This document shows, piece after piece, positions 36,601 to 47,038 of a DNA stretch of 64,000 nucleotides. The notes under the pieces are model-generated. The model saw only the letters and a program-made list of their open reading frames with translations, had not been told where the DNA came from and did not search any database. The stretch is taken from positions 374,001 through 438,000 of the forward strand of contig MU058557.1 in the NCBI GenBank assembly GCA_013265495.1, written 5' to 3'. Within the stretch, counting starts at the first letter, position 1; each line of letters begins with the position of its first letter. The DNA comes from Vicugna vicugna (taxonomy: Eukaryota). Made by a program: the position numbers and the translations under genes.

Positions 36601-36921
36601 GAGACTGTCTAGGGCACTCTCAGAAAGACCGGAAATAGCCTCAGTGACCTCCAAACCAGCAGGAGGGGAAAACAGCGAGAAGCAAACTCAGCCAAGCCGA
36701 GGGAAGACGCGCTGTTTGCTCGAGGCGCTCGGGCCGGGGGTGAGACCCCACACCCAGCCTCGCGCGCACCGGGGGCTGAGGCCCAGGCCAGGCGCGGGCG
36801 GGGCTGGCTCCTCGGAGGCCTGCTGCCTGCAGCCGGCGGCTCCCCGGCCTGGCGCTGTCTTCTGTGTGTGCCCTGTGTGTAAATGTCCCCTTTTTAAAAA
36901 AAAATAAATTGCTACATCATA

Positions 36922-37003
36922 TTTTTTGATTTGGGGTTTTTTGGGGGGGGAGTTAGGTTTATTTATTTATTTATCTGTCTGTTTTTTAATACCCTCCCTC
37001 CCC
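36922..37003 (-). mobile_element. Internally deleted Vic-1-like SINE
   Basis: On the minus strand the head 'ggggagggagggtat' is joined directly to the (taaa)n-cctaactccccccc tail. Confidence 0.6.
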
Positions 37004-37152
37004 CAAATGGGTTTCTTAATGTGACCCTTCGATCACTGGTCTCCAAGCCGCTGGCCCTGTGGACAGAGCGCAGACCGTGTCTTTTCCGCTCATGGAGGTC
37101 ACGTTTCCAAGTGTGGTTTGTGTGCTGGAGAAGAGAGTTGACTGTTCGCCTC

Positions 37153-37477
37153 TGTGATGGGGTGAACCGTGCTCGCCACAAAAAGACACGCTGCAGCCCA
37201 ACCCCCAGGCCCTCAGAAGGTGACTGCCCTTGGAGGTGGGGACTTCACAGAGGCCACCGAGTTAAAATGGAGTCATTTGGGTGGCCCTGACCCCCCACGA
37301 CTGTGTCCTTATAGAAAGGGGACGTTTGGGGGAGGGTACAGCTCAGCAGTGGAGCATGTACTTAGCATGCACAAGGTCCCAGTGCAATCCCCAGCACCTC
37401 CACCAAGGAACAGACAAGCAAAGAAACCAGCCTAGCCCCCCCACCCCTCAACAACGGCACCCGCTGGAAACTGTTCA
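37153..37477 (+). mobile_element. MLT1-type (MaLR) LTR with a SINE inside
   Basis: Starts 'tgtgatggggtgaaccgtg...aacccccaggccctcagaaggtgac', contains 'gtccttatagaaagggga' and ends 'ggaaactgttca'. Confidence 0.7.
37328..37451 (+). mobile_element. tRNA-Ala-derived SINE (Vic-1-like)
   Basis: 'ggggagggtacagctcagcagtggagcatgtacttagcatgcacaaggtccc...caatccccagcacctcca'. Confidence 0.88.
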
Positions 37478-37594
37478 GCCCCCGGTGTGTCCCGTCTGGG
37501 GCGGCCATGAGCCCTCTCGCCTTCCTGAGCGCCGCCGAGTCTCTTCCAGGCGGTTCCAGGGACACCCGCCCTCAGGCTTGTCTCTGTCCCACAG

Positions 37595-38679
37595 GAAACG
37601 GCACGTCAGCGACCAGCCCTGCCCTGTGGACTGGCGCGCCCCCGCCGAACTGCACCATGTCCTTCGAGGAGAGCCGGGTGTTCCTGGTGGCGGTGTACAG
37701 CGCCGTGTGCATGCTGGGTCTCCCGGCCAACTGCCTGACGGCGTGGCTGACGCTGCTGCAGGCGCTGCAGGGCAACGTGCTGGCCGTCTACCTCTTCTGC
37801 CTGGCGCTCTGCGAGCTGCTCTACATCGGCACCCTGCCGCTCTGGGTCATCTACGTCCAGAGGCAGCACCGCTGGACCCTGGGCCCCTGGGCCTGCAAGG
37901 TGACCGCCTACATCTTCTTCTGCAACCTCTACGTCAGCATCCTCTTCCTGTGCTGCGTCTCCTGCGACCGCTTCGTAGCAGTGGTGTACGCACTGGAGAG
38001 CCGGGGCCGCCGCCACCAGAAGACCGCCGTGCTGGTCTCAGCCTCCATCTTCATCCTTGTCGGGCTCGTCCATTACCCGGTGTTTCAAATGGAGGACAAT
38101 GACACCTGCTTCGAGACGCTGCCAATGAACCGCAGGGTGGCAGTGTACTACTACGCGAGGTTCACGGCAGGCTTCGCCGCCCCCATGTCCATCATCGCCT
38201 TCACCAACCAGCGTATCTTCCGGAGCACCAAGCTGAGCACCGGCCTGAGCGCCGCCCAGAAGGCCAAGGTGAAGCAGCTGGCCATCGCGGTCGTGGCCAT
38301 CTTCCTGTTTTGCTTTGCTCCCTATCACCTGGTGCTCCTGGCCAAAGCCGTCGCCTTCTCCTACTACAGGGGAGACACCGACTCTGTGTGCGCCTTCGAA
38401 GCCAGACTGTACACCACCTCCATGGTGTTCCTGGGCCTGGCCACGGTCAACAGCGTGGCCGACCCCATCATCTACATGCTGGCCACGGGACTTTCGCGCC
38501 AAGAATTGTGCAGAATCCATAAGGAGTGGAAAAAGTTGTCCACAAAGGCGGACGTCACCAAGCTCACGTGTTCCAAGGACTCGGAGGAGGTGCAGCTGCC
38601 CACGCCACTCACAGATGGCTGCACACTCCCCGGGCCATGGCCGGGTGCCCTGGAGAGGCTGACTGAGGACACGTGCTGA
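37595..38679 (+). CDS. GPR132: G protein-coupled receptor 132 (G2A), main coding exon
   Basis: Seven hydrophobic helices, CDRF (TM3), CFAPYH (TM6) and DPIIY (TM7). SFEESR, NVLAVYL and GLSAAQKAKVK are characteristic of G2A. Acceptor 'tctctgtcccacag|GA' at 37594/37595; TGA at 38677-38679. Confidence 0.97.
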
Positions 38680-39819
38680 GCTCAGCCTGCCGCAGGGCAG
38701 GACACCGGCACCGTGACTGCTCTGCCACTGAGCCCACCAGCCAGTGTCCACGGCGCCAGCTGTGGAGCCCCGTCCAGATGGCACACCCCCTATTTCTCAT
38801 GCCTGGAGCCTGCCCCTTGGGGGTCCCGGTCTCCCAGGCGTCCCCACTGGGTACAGAAACCCCCTGAGGAAGGTGGCGGCACGCCAGAGTGAGGGCGCGC
38901 CTTCAGGCTGCGGGAGAGCGCGTGGCAGGCAGGAGGGCGTGCTCTGGCCGGCTCGGCTATTAGCAAACAGCGGGGCTGCTGGCAGCGGCCGTGTGCATGT
39001 CTGGGGCTGCTGGCAGCTGGCCCAGCCGTGCACGGGGAGGTGCCTGTCAGCCCCCTAGTGATGACTTTATTCTCTGTGCTTTTCTGCAGGCGTCACCTGA
39101 ATGGCTTGGAAGGGAGATGGCGGGGCCTCTGTGCTTCTGCCTCAGAACCTTCGTGCAGGCAGGCCTGGTCACCAGGGGCCAGGAGCCCAGCCCTGAGGGC
39201 CCTCGGCTGCGGCTGATGCTGCACTGGGCTGCAGACGCTCAGGGGAGCTGCGGGGTGGGTGCAGCCCACGCGTCCTGCAGGGAGCCCAGGTACCCTGTCA
39301 GGGACACCGTCAGCCAGGCGTCCGCTGTGCACCCCAGGAAGGACGATGTGTTGCCACCGGGCTTGGAGAATGGCTACGATTTCTTCTCATCAAGGCTTCC
39401 CGGCTTGGTTGTCCGGGGAGAAGCTGGTTGCGGGTTCGGGCCAGTCCAGCCCCTCACCAAGGCACCGATGGAGCATGGATGGAGCACAGAACTGGGTGCT
39501 CGGGGAGACAGTGGGCTCCTGGGAACTGCGCAGCTGAGTGAGATCCGGGTCCTGCCCCAACCAGCCCCATTGGGCCAGGTTGCATGGCCGCCTCGGTTTC
39601 CCCATCTGTGACAGGGCCAGCGACCCTGCCCTTAGTAGTGGGGTTGGGTCAGGTGGGGGCTGACCCACTAGCTCTGCCTCAGGCACGCACCCCGTGCCTG
39701 CAGCACAGCGGCCTGGAACCGCCTGGATGGACCGGGGCTCTCGGCTCCCTGGGCAGCCGCAGAGTGGCCTCTTCACGGGAGAGACTGAGAAGATACACGG
39801 TTTAGAAAACACGTTTAGA

Positions 39820-39825
39820 AATAAA
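39820..39825 (+). terminator. Candidate GPR132 polyadenylation signal
   Basis: First AATAAA I found downstream of the stop codon (about 1.14 kb), with a T-rich stretch shortly after. Confidence 0.6.
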
Positions 39826-40029
39826 AATACGAAACAACCGTGGGTGCCAACTTCCTTTTTAAGTAGAAAACTGTCATCTCGCCTGTGCAGGCACGTGTCC
39901 CATCGAGGACTTTCCTGGAGGCCAAGCCCGTGAGGGGCCGTCTGGTGGGCTCGCCAAGTGACTGGCAGGGGCCCCAGGAGCAGCCGGCGGGTCAGGGCTG
40001 GGATCGCAGGACGCTTCCACAGTGAGGTA

Positions 40030-40460
40030 GGGCCTGTTCGCTTCCTGGGCCGCTGTCACTACCGCAAGCTGAGCGGCTTAGAGCAGACACGGTGTTCTCC
40101 CCGTCTGGGGCCGGGAGCCTGAGAGTAGGCTGTGGGCAGGGCGGTCCCTCCTGAGGCTCCGGGGGAGGCGGCGCCTGGCCTCACTCTCAGCCTTGGTGTT
40201 GCACCAGCCTTGGCTGCCCTGGGCTCGTGGCCGCGTCACTCCCAGGCCCGCCCTGTCTCGCGCGGCCTCCTCCTCCGTCTTCCCTCTGGCTCCCTGGATT
40301 CAGGGCTCACCTGGATAATCTGGGACGATCCCGTCAGCTGATCCTTACTCGTGACGCCTGCAAATAGGGAGCGACACCCCTACTTCTAAATAAGGCCCTG
40401 TCCACGGGGGCCATAGGGTCGGAGGCAGAGGTACCCTTTGGGGGCCAAGCCTGCCCACTG
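40030..40460 (-). mobile_element. MLT1-type LTR
   Basis: 'gtgggcagggcggtccctcctgaggctcc', 'cagggctcacctggataatctgggacgatc' and 'cttctaaataagg'. Confidence 0.7.
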
Positions 40461-42864
40461 CAAGTGGCAAGAAGGAGCCAGAACCGCGCTGCGTGGTCCC
40501 CGGGCAGGAACGGCCCCCACACTCGCCACTCACCCCGACTCGCTCTGCGCCTGTCGCCGCCCACCCCGCCGTGCCATGACAAACACGGGGAGGCATGGTC
40601 ACCGCCCAAGCCCTCCACACCTGCCTCCAGGAGTGGCACCTGTCAGCTGTGCACCGTCCCCCAGTTGCTCCCTCCTTCCCCCTCCCCCAGAGTCAGGTCC
40701 GAGGCCTCCGAGAGGCCCCTCCTAGGCCAGCCACCCCCTCTGACAGCCAGCCCCTCGGCCATCAGACCTGCCTCGGGTCCCTCTCTGGCCATCTGGAGAA
40801 GACTGCTCCATCTCTAGGACCCCCCAGAACACTGGGTCTCCCCAGACTCCTGGATGAGGACCATACAGTCTGGCCTGGACAGTCTCCAGCGGGGAGAGGT
40901 GGGTGTCGGGGAGGCCCCCTGTCGCCCCCAGAGCTGCCCCTTCCTTGGGGTCCTGCCTTTCCCATCAGAAGCGCAGGGACTGAAAGAGCACACGTCCAGT
41001 TTTGAAGGGGTTCAACAGAGGGGGTTCCAGCAACATCTGAGGCTCTAATTCTTTTAAACAACAAGAAGGACAAGAGAAAGATCCTGGAAAACGGAGGAGC
41101 CCAGGTGAGAGACACAGTGAGCAGGAATCTGCACCGGCCCAGGGTTGGGGGCCCAGCCCTGGGGGGCCCAGCCTGGGTGCCTGTCTACCACCCCCATACC
41201 CCCTCCAGGCCAGTCCTCGGACCTCTCACGGACTGTCTCGGGGACCACCTGGTTTATGCGCATGTGTGTCATGTGACTCTGGATGCACCCCACCCCCAGC
41301 CCCCAGCAAAGGGGTTTCCCTTAGTTCAGGACCAGTCTTCACACCCAGGCTGGGACCCTCCCCGCTTCATCTTTTGTGACAGCGTGTGACCAATAAGCAG
41401 CCCCTTTCCTCCTGGGTGGTTTGCCACCGAGGCCTGCCCAGCCCCCAGCTCATCCCTGGGAGCTGGGAGTGTAGGGGGCAGGGCGCAGGCCCCAGGAGCA
41501 CCCGGTTCAGATGTGGGGCGCTGGGACTTTGCCGGGGGTGTTCCTCGGAGGGCCCCGCCCCCAGGGCTCTCAGAGGGTGCATGCAGGGATGGCATGGGCC
41601 CCCGGGAAATCAGAAGATGGACACTTGGAGGGGCAGTTGCTCTGGGGACCAGAAGCTCAGCTCTGTGTTCAGGGCCCAGCCAGGTCGGGCATCACACTTA
41701 GAGACCCATCCGCCATCCTCAGTGTGCGGCCCCACTCAGCTTAGCGGAGGGGCGGGAGGGGGACCCCGGTGGAGTGAGGCCCGCCCTGCCCTGGGGCTGA
41801 GAGCCTGGGGAGCAGCTGGGGAGGCAGTGGGCGGGGCCAGCCTAGGGTCCTCCCTGGCCATGTCCCCCTGCCCCACCCCGCCGGACGGCCTTATCATGGC
41901 TGAGTCTTCAGTCGCCGACCACGAACCTTTCCCCTGTCATCTGAGCCACACTGATGAGGGAAACTTCTCAGGCTAGCAGTGTGGTTACGGGGCCTGAGAG
42001 TGGCTCAGACAGTCTCCTCCCACACCCTCAGCCCCGCCTCTTCACCCCCAATTCACCCGTTCACTAGTTCCCTCCTTTCTCCTGCTTCACCCCCACCCCA
42101 GAGCGCTCCCTGGAGGCGAGGAGGGAGACCAGTGCAGTGAGGCCCACCCTTACTGTCCTGGGGTCCAAGGAGGAGGCAGGAATTGAGGGGGGACCCCGAG
42201 ACCCCTCTGGGGCTGTCCCGCCGCCTCGAGCAGCCCAGCCTACACTCCTGGGCACTCCCAGCTTCCGGGACAGGGCCTGGGCCTGGGCCTGAGCGGGCCC
42301 TACGGTGGCTCCCTGAGTCACGGCGTGAGGGACAGATGGTCGTGTGGCGGGCGGGCACTGTGCCAGCCGAGGAGCCCCACCCGGGCTCCCTGACATTCTG
42401 AGCACTCACGTACGTCCAAATATTTGAAAAGTCATCAACAACCTAACAGACGGTTGAGCCAGACACACCCCGCTCCCAGCCCTGATAAATACACCTGCAC
42501 AGCCGGGGCAGGGCGAGGCCCCCCCGGCTCCCCAATTCCCCCTGGCCCTGCGAGTGGCTGCGGCCCACAGGTGCACACACGGGCCCGGGAGGTAGGCTTC
42601 CAGCGGCTTGCCTGAGGATCTGGGGTCTCGTTGTCCAGAGGTGGGGTAGAAGGGCAGCAGAGCCCCAGGGACGGACCTTGTGCCCAAAGCCCCCCGACCC
42701 CGTGGGAGGGGTGGAGAGGGGCCTGCATACGCCAGGCCCGCCCGAGTGGTGAGTGTGCACAGGAAAGCACGCTGGTGATGGCTGGTGGGGCTGACGCCAG
42801 GCAGAGAGCGCTCCCACCTCAGGGTCACTAAGACTTTCGGGAACCCCCCGGACTTCCCAGGACA

Positions 42865-42980
42865 CCAGCCTCAGCGTCCTCATCTGCAATTTGGGAATGG
42901 CCACAGGGCCCGCCCGCAGGGATGCTGGGGGCATTCACTGAGATCACGTGTTTCCCCCGCTTAAGCTGTGCCTCACACCC
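42865..42980 (+). mobile_element. MIR fragment
   Basis: 'agcctcagcgtcctcatctgcaatttgggaatgg...cactgagatcacgtg'. Confidence 0.6.
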
Positions 42981-43030
42981 CGCCGCGTCCTGCGGGGACC
43001 TTGACGACCGAGGCCCGTCTTCCCCGCGTC

Positions 43031-43101
43031 GGCCCCTAGAGGGCGCGGGGCGAGGCTGAGCTCGCCGTGAGTCTCCCGCCCGCGGCCGCCAGGGGGCAGC
43101 A
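43031..43101 (+). promoter_or_regulatory. Two co-oriented CTCF motifs in a small CpG island
   Basis: GGCCCCTAGAGGGCGC (43031-43046) and CGGCCGCCAGGGGGCAGCA (43083-43101). Confidence 0.65.
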
Positions 43102-43519
43102 CAACCCGAGAGGCCCGGCTGCGCGCCCCTTCCCCGCGCGAAGGGAGGGGAACTGGGCGGGGCCACCTCGAAACCTGGCCCGAGAGGCCCTGCGCCCCGG
43201 GGACAAGTGACAGTGACACCGTGGTTGACAGTGACATCAGCCCTGCGGCTGGCCTCGTGCGAATCCGGGAAAACCGCGAAAACCGCGGGGGCAAGCATGG
43301 GTGTCCGGGCCGGGCTGGGAGGGAGCGGGCGCGGGGGAGCCCACCCCTGGGGTGGGGAGGGCGGGGGGCCGGCGGGGCCAGGCGGTGGCCCTGTCCCCAG
43401 GCGGGCTGGGCAGCAGCGTAGCTCCCCCAGGAGGCATGTAGTGCACATCCACGTCCGCCGGAGCCACCCCATAGCAGGACCCCCCCCAAACCTCCCTCGG
43501 GACTCTGCGGCCTCCGCAC

Positions 43520-44180
43520 CCCCTAGGATGGCGAGAATCGTGGACAACAAGGGATGGAGAGGGTGTGGAGAGGGTGTGGAGATGGTGGCCCCTCCTACAC
43601 CGCTGGCGGCATGTGAAATGGTGCAGCCGCTGTGAAAACAGTCTGGCAGTATCACGATCAACACGGAGTCCCACGTGACCCGCCGCGCCAGTCCTAGGAG
43701 CCACCCACGCGCGCTGAGAGCCCACGTGTGCGCCTAGCAGCGGTGCTCCCCGGAGCCGAATGTCCAACCGAGGGCGACGGGTAAGCAAACGTGGCCTGTC
43801 ACACGACGCGGTCACTGTCACTCAGCCGCGAAAAGGAGTCGCGTTCTGACACCTGCTACATTGTGGATGAATCTCAAAAACGGGCTAGGTGACAGAAGGT
43901 CAGCAAAGTGTGACTGCGTTTCTCTGAGAAGGCCGGAATTGGGAAACCTACAAGTAGGTAAGGGGTGGCCTGGGACTGGGCCTGGGCCTGGGGACGGGGG
44001 CAACGCCGGGGTGACAGCCAAAGGGCATGGGGCTCTTTCCCAGGGGATGAAAATGTTCTACCATCGACTGTGTGCTGTTTGCACGTATGTGCAAATACAC
44101 TGAAAACACCGGCTTGTCCACTTTAAAAGGGTGAGCTCCTCAGTACGCGATCACATCTCAATAAAGCTGTTTAAAAAAAA
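43520..44180 (+). mobile_element. L1M 3' end, GC-shifted
   Basis: 'gtgaaatggtgcagccgctgtgaaaacagtctggcagt', 'tggatgaatctcaaaaac' and 'atctcaataaagctgtttaaaaaaaa'. Confidence 0.85.
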
Positions 44181-44601
44181 GACACATCAGACCCCCTTTG
44201 TCCAGACTGCCGCCTCAAGGCCCCTGAAGGGACAGTCTGGCACCACCACAGCCCAAAGGAGGGTGGGCTGAGAGACCTCGGCCCCCATGGCCCCCACGTA
44301 TCCATGACTCATGACTCTGGGGTCCACAGTCCCCGATGACAGAGGCCTGGGCTTCAAGCAACAGGCAGGCAGCGTGGCCAGGGGTCCCCTGTGGGCTCTG
44401 CCCTCCGCCCTCCCAGGACCACCTCCCAGCCTCACCCCAAGGTTGTCAGCTGAGGTGAGCAGAGGCACCTGTTGTTTCTGCTGCTGAGGACACAGTCACC
44501 CTCCCCCATCATGACCACTCCTGACCTGCCTGGAGTGACCAGCCCACCTGCCCAGCCTGCCACTTCACCCCTGGGTTTGGGCTCGGGGTGGGCTCTGATT
44601 G

Positions 44602-44770
44602 CTCCTCAAACTTCAGCCTGCATCAGAATCACCTGACAGGCCTCTTAAGACAGAGACAGATGGTACCCAGCCCCAGAGATTCTGAGTCAGAGAACCTGCA
44701 TCCATGCCGAGTTCCCAGGAGAGGCTCCTGTGGCTGGGGCAAGCCCACACCTTGAGCACCTCTGCCCTAA
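44602..44770. mobile_element. MER5A-like hAT DNA transposon fragment
   Basis: 'ctcaaacttcagcctgcatcagaatcacctg...ccccagagattctgagtcag...aacctgcat...cacaccttgag'. Confidence 0.75.
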
Positions 44771-45377
44771 GCCAAGTGCCGCTGGAATGGCATGTGTTCA
44801 ATTCTGCCCATGAGAGGTGGGCCAGGACTTCAGTTTTCCTCTTAGAGGAAAGGCTCTCTATTTCCTGGAACCTGTCATGAGACTGGGTGCAAGGTCTGGA
44901 GCTGCTGCAGCCACTCTGAGACTCTGTGGGCAAAGCCATCTGAGCAGGAAGCCGACACATAGGGGAGGTCCTTTGTGCCCAGCACCTGCCCATCCCTCTC
45001 CTTGGCCTCTTCAGGGCTAATGACATTTGCCTCCAGTCCATCACAGCTCTTGTGCCCAGGGCCTGCTCCACATCAGAGGGAGTGTCGGCCGTCAACTTCT
45101 GTCTGCTCCTTCCATTCTCTCACACTGACACCCGTTCCGTGTCTCTTCAGTCTCAAAGGACACCATTTTCTTTCATTTATTACTACATCCATGCGTACTC
45201 ACAGAAGTCGCGCTTTCCCTAAACATTCGCTTGCCTATGTAGGAACGCATGGAAACAATATGGAATTATTTTGTGTTTATGCTTTTATCCAACTTTTTAT
45301 TTTGAAATAATGTCCACTGTACAGAAAAGCGGCAAACTTCCTACTGTGGAATTAAAGAGACTGAAATAGGAGTCAGG

Positions 45378-45790
45378 CACAGAAAACAGATGTGTGGCTG
45401 CCAGGAATCAGGGACAGAGGGGACCGGGAAACGGGTGTGGCTCACAAGGGCACCAGGAAGGAGGCATGTGGTGTTACCGCTATTTAGCGTCTTGACTGTA
45501 GCAGGGAACACGGGAACCTAGACATGTGATCGAATTCTATAGCGTTCAATGAACGCACATGAGTGAGGGAGAGACTGGAGACATCTGAACAGCTCTGGTG
45601 GTTTGCATTAGTGGTTGTGATGTTATATTGCAGATGTGTAAATAACTGCCTTTGGAGAAACTGGGAAAACTGCACAAGAGATATTTCTGTAGTATTTATT
45701 ACAACTGTGTGTGAATCTGTAATTATCCAGATAAAAATTCAATTAAAATATAATAAAACCTCAGTGTAGAACCTGGAAGAAAAAAAAAGG
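45378..45790 (+). mobile_element. L1 3' fragment inserted in the ERV 5' LTR
   Basis: L1M 3' UTR ('gtattt attacaactgtgtgtgaatctgtaattatc') plus A tail, with exact TSD aggagtcagg at 45368-45377 and 45791-45800. Confidence 0.85.
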
Positions 45791-46941
45791 AGGAGTCAGG
45801 ACAGGAGAGACGTGGCCTTCATCTCCCCCAGGAAGGCGCCTGCACTGACAATCCAACAGGGAGAAGAAAGCCGCTCTCTGCCCCGGGGTGGCCCAGAGCT
45901 ATGACAGCCCTGCCAGGGAGAGGCCTCCGTCCTTCAGGCCCCTGGCTCCTCCAGCTCCTCCCAATTCCCCTCTCCCCCTGCAAAAGCAAGTTCCCCGCCC
46001 TGGTTCTCCGGACCTGCCTGGGGTCCACCCCATCTGGCACATCCTAAACGGCAATTCCTCTGGCTATTCCTGAGTGAACTCGCTTTTGCTGGTAAAAGAA
46101 CTGGCTATTATATTATGATAGATGACATATTTCGTTTCAGCAGTGGAACCCAAAGGAGGCAACCCCCCGAGAGATGACAGCTCCTGGACTCAAGTGAGGT
46201 GCCCGCCCGGAAGCCCTGTGCTCACCGCCGCTGTGAATCGCTACCTGAGTCTGGCTTGCTGCGACGTCTCTTGGATTCCAAGCTCTGCTCTTTTTGTGTT
46301 TTGAGTTCTCAGACTTAACCAGGGATCCGGAAAGCCTGCGTCCTTTCTGGTTCAAGGCTTTGTCCTTGGTGAGAACTCAGTTTTTTCTGGAGCGTGGTCA
46401 TGGGGTTCTCGACTGGGGACATGCTAACTGGGATCTAAGAGTTTGTTTTAAACCCTCTGGAGTCTGGCTGGGACTTGGGGCCACTCTTGGGTTTCTAGGG
46501 GAACGCAGGGAAGTGGGATCCTGACCATCCCAGCCTGCCTTCAGGCCTCCGGCCAGTTGCATGTTTAGAAACTATGGACCCCAGAGATGCACATTGTAAC
46601 TAAGCGTGCCGAGCAAACTAGGAGTAACCTGCAATTACAGTTGCCACTACGGGGAACTTTCGATCTTCCGGAACTCTTTTCTTAAGATTACATTGGAGGA
46701 CCGTGGTTCTAAAATTAAGTAAAATTAATGGTAGGTTTATTTTCATTCGTACCTGGGAGTTTCCAAATGTGCGCAAAACTCTAAAATCGCCTCTTTGCAA
46801 GATACCATTTCTAAATTGGCCAAAACCACCAAAAAACTAGAAAAGAACAAAACGGCTTACCAAGCCTGGTGCTTGCTCCTTGTGTTCCCTCCCCCAGCTG
46901 CTTTGTCTTGCGCACCATCTTGAACATCTTCCTCCCTCCCT

Positions 46942-47038
46942 TTGTCTCAGACCCCCGCCACTTGTCTCAGACCCTGCCCCTTGCCTCAGACTCCACCCCT
47001 TTGTCTCAGACTCCACCCCCTGTCTCAGACCGCGCCCC
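46942..47038 (+). repeat. Minisatellite, five units of 19-20 bp
   Basis: Units resembling ttgtctcagac(c/t)cc(a/g)cccc start at 46942, 46962, 46981, 47001 and 47020. Confidence 0.9.

Noticed and set aside
37507..37594. N-terminal 29 aa of the 390-aa GPR132 ORF
   Set aside because: Upstream of a clear splice acceptor; intronic.
37281..38784. Alternative-frame and antisense ORFs over GPR132 (273, 136, 248 aa)
   Set aside because: Shadow ORFs caused by high GC at third codon positions; one starts inside an MLT/SINE.
46942..47038. CRISPR-like array
   Set aside because: Eukaryotic DNA, and the spacers are only 8-9 nt and similar to each other; a minisatellite.
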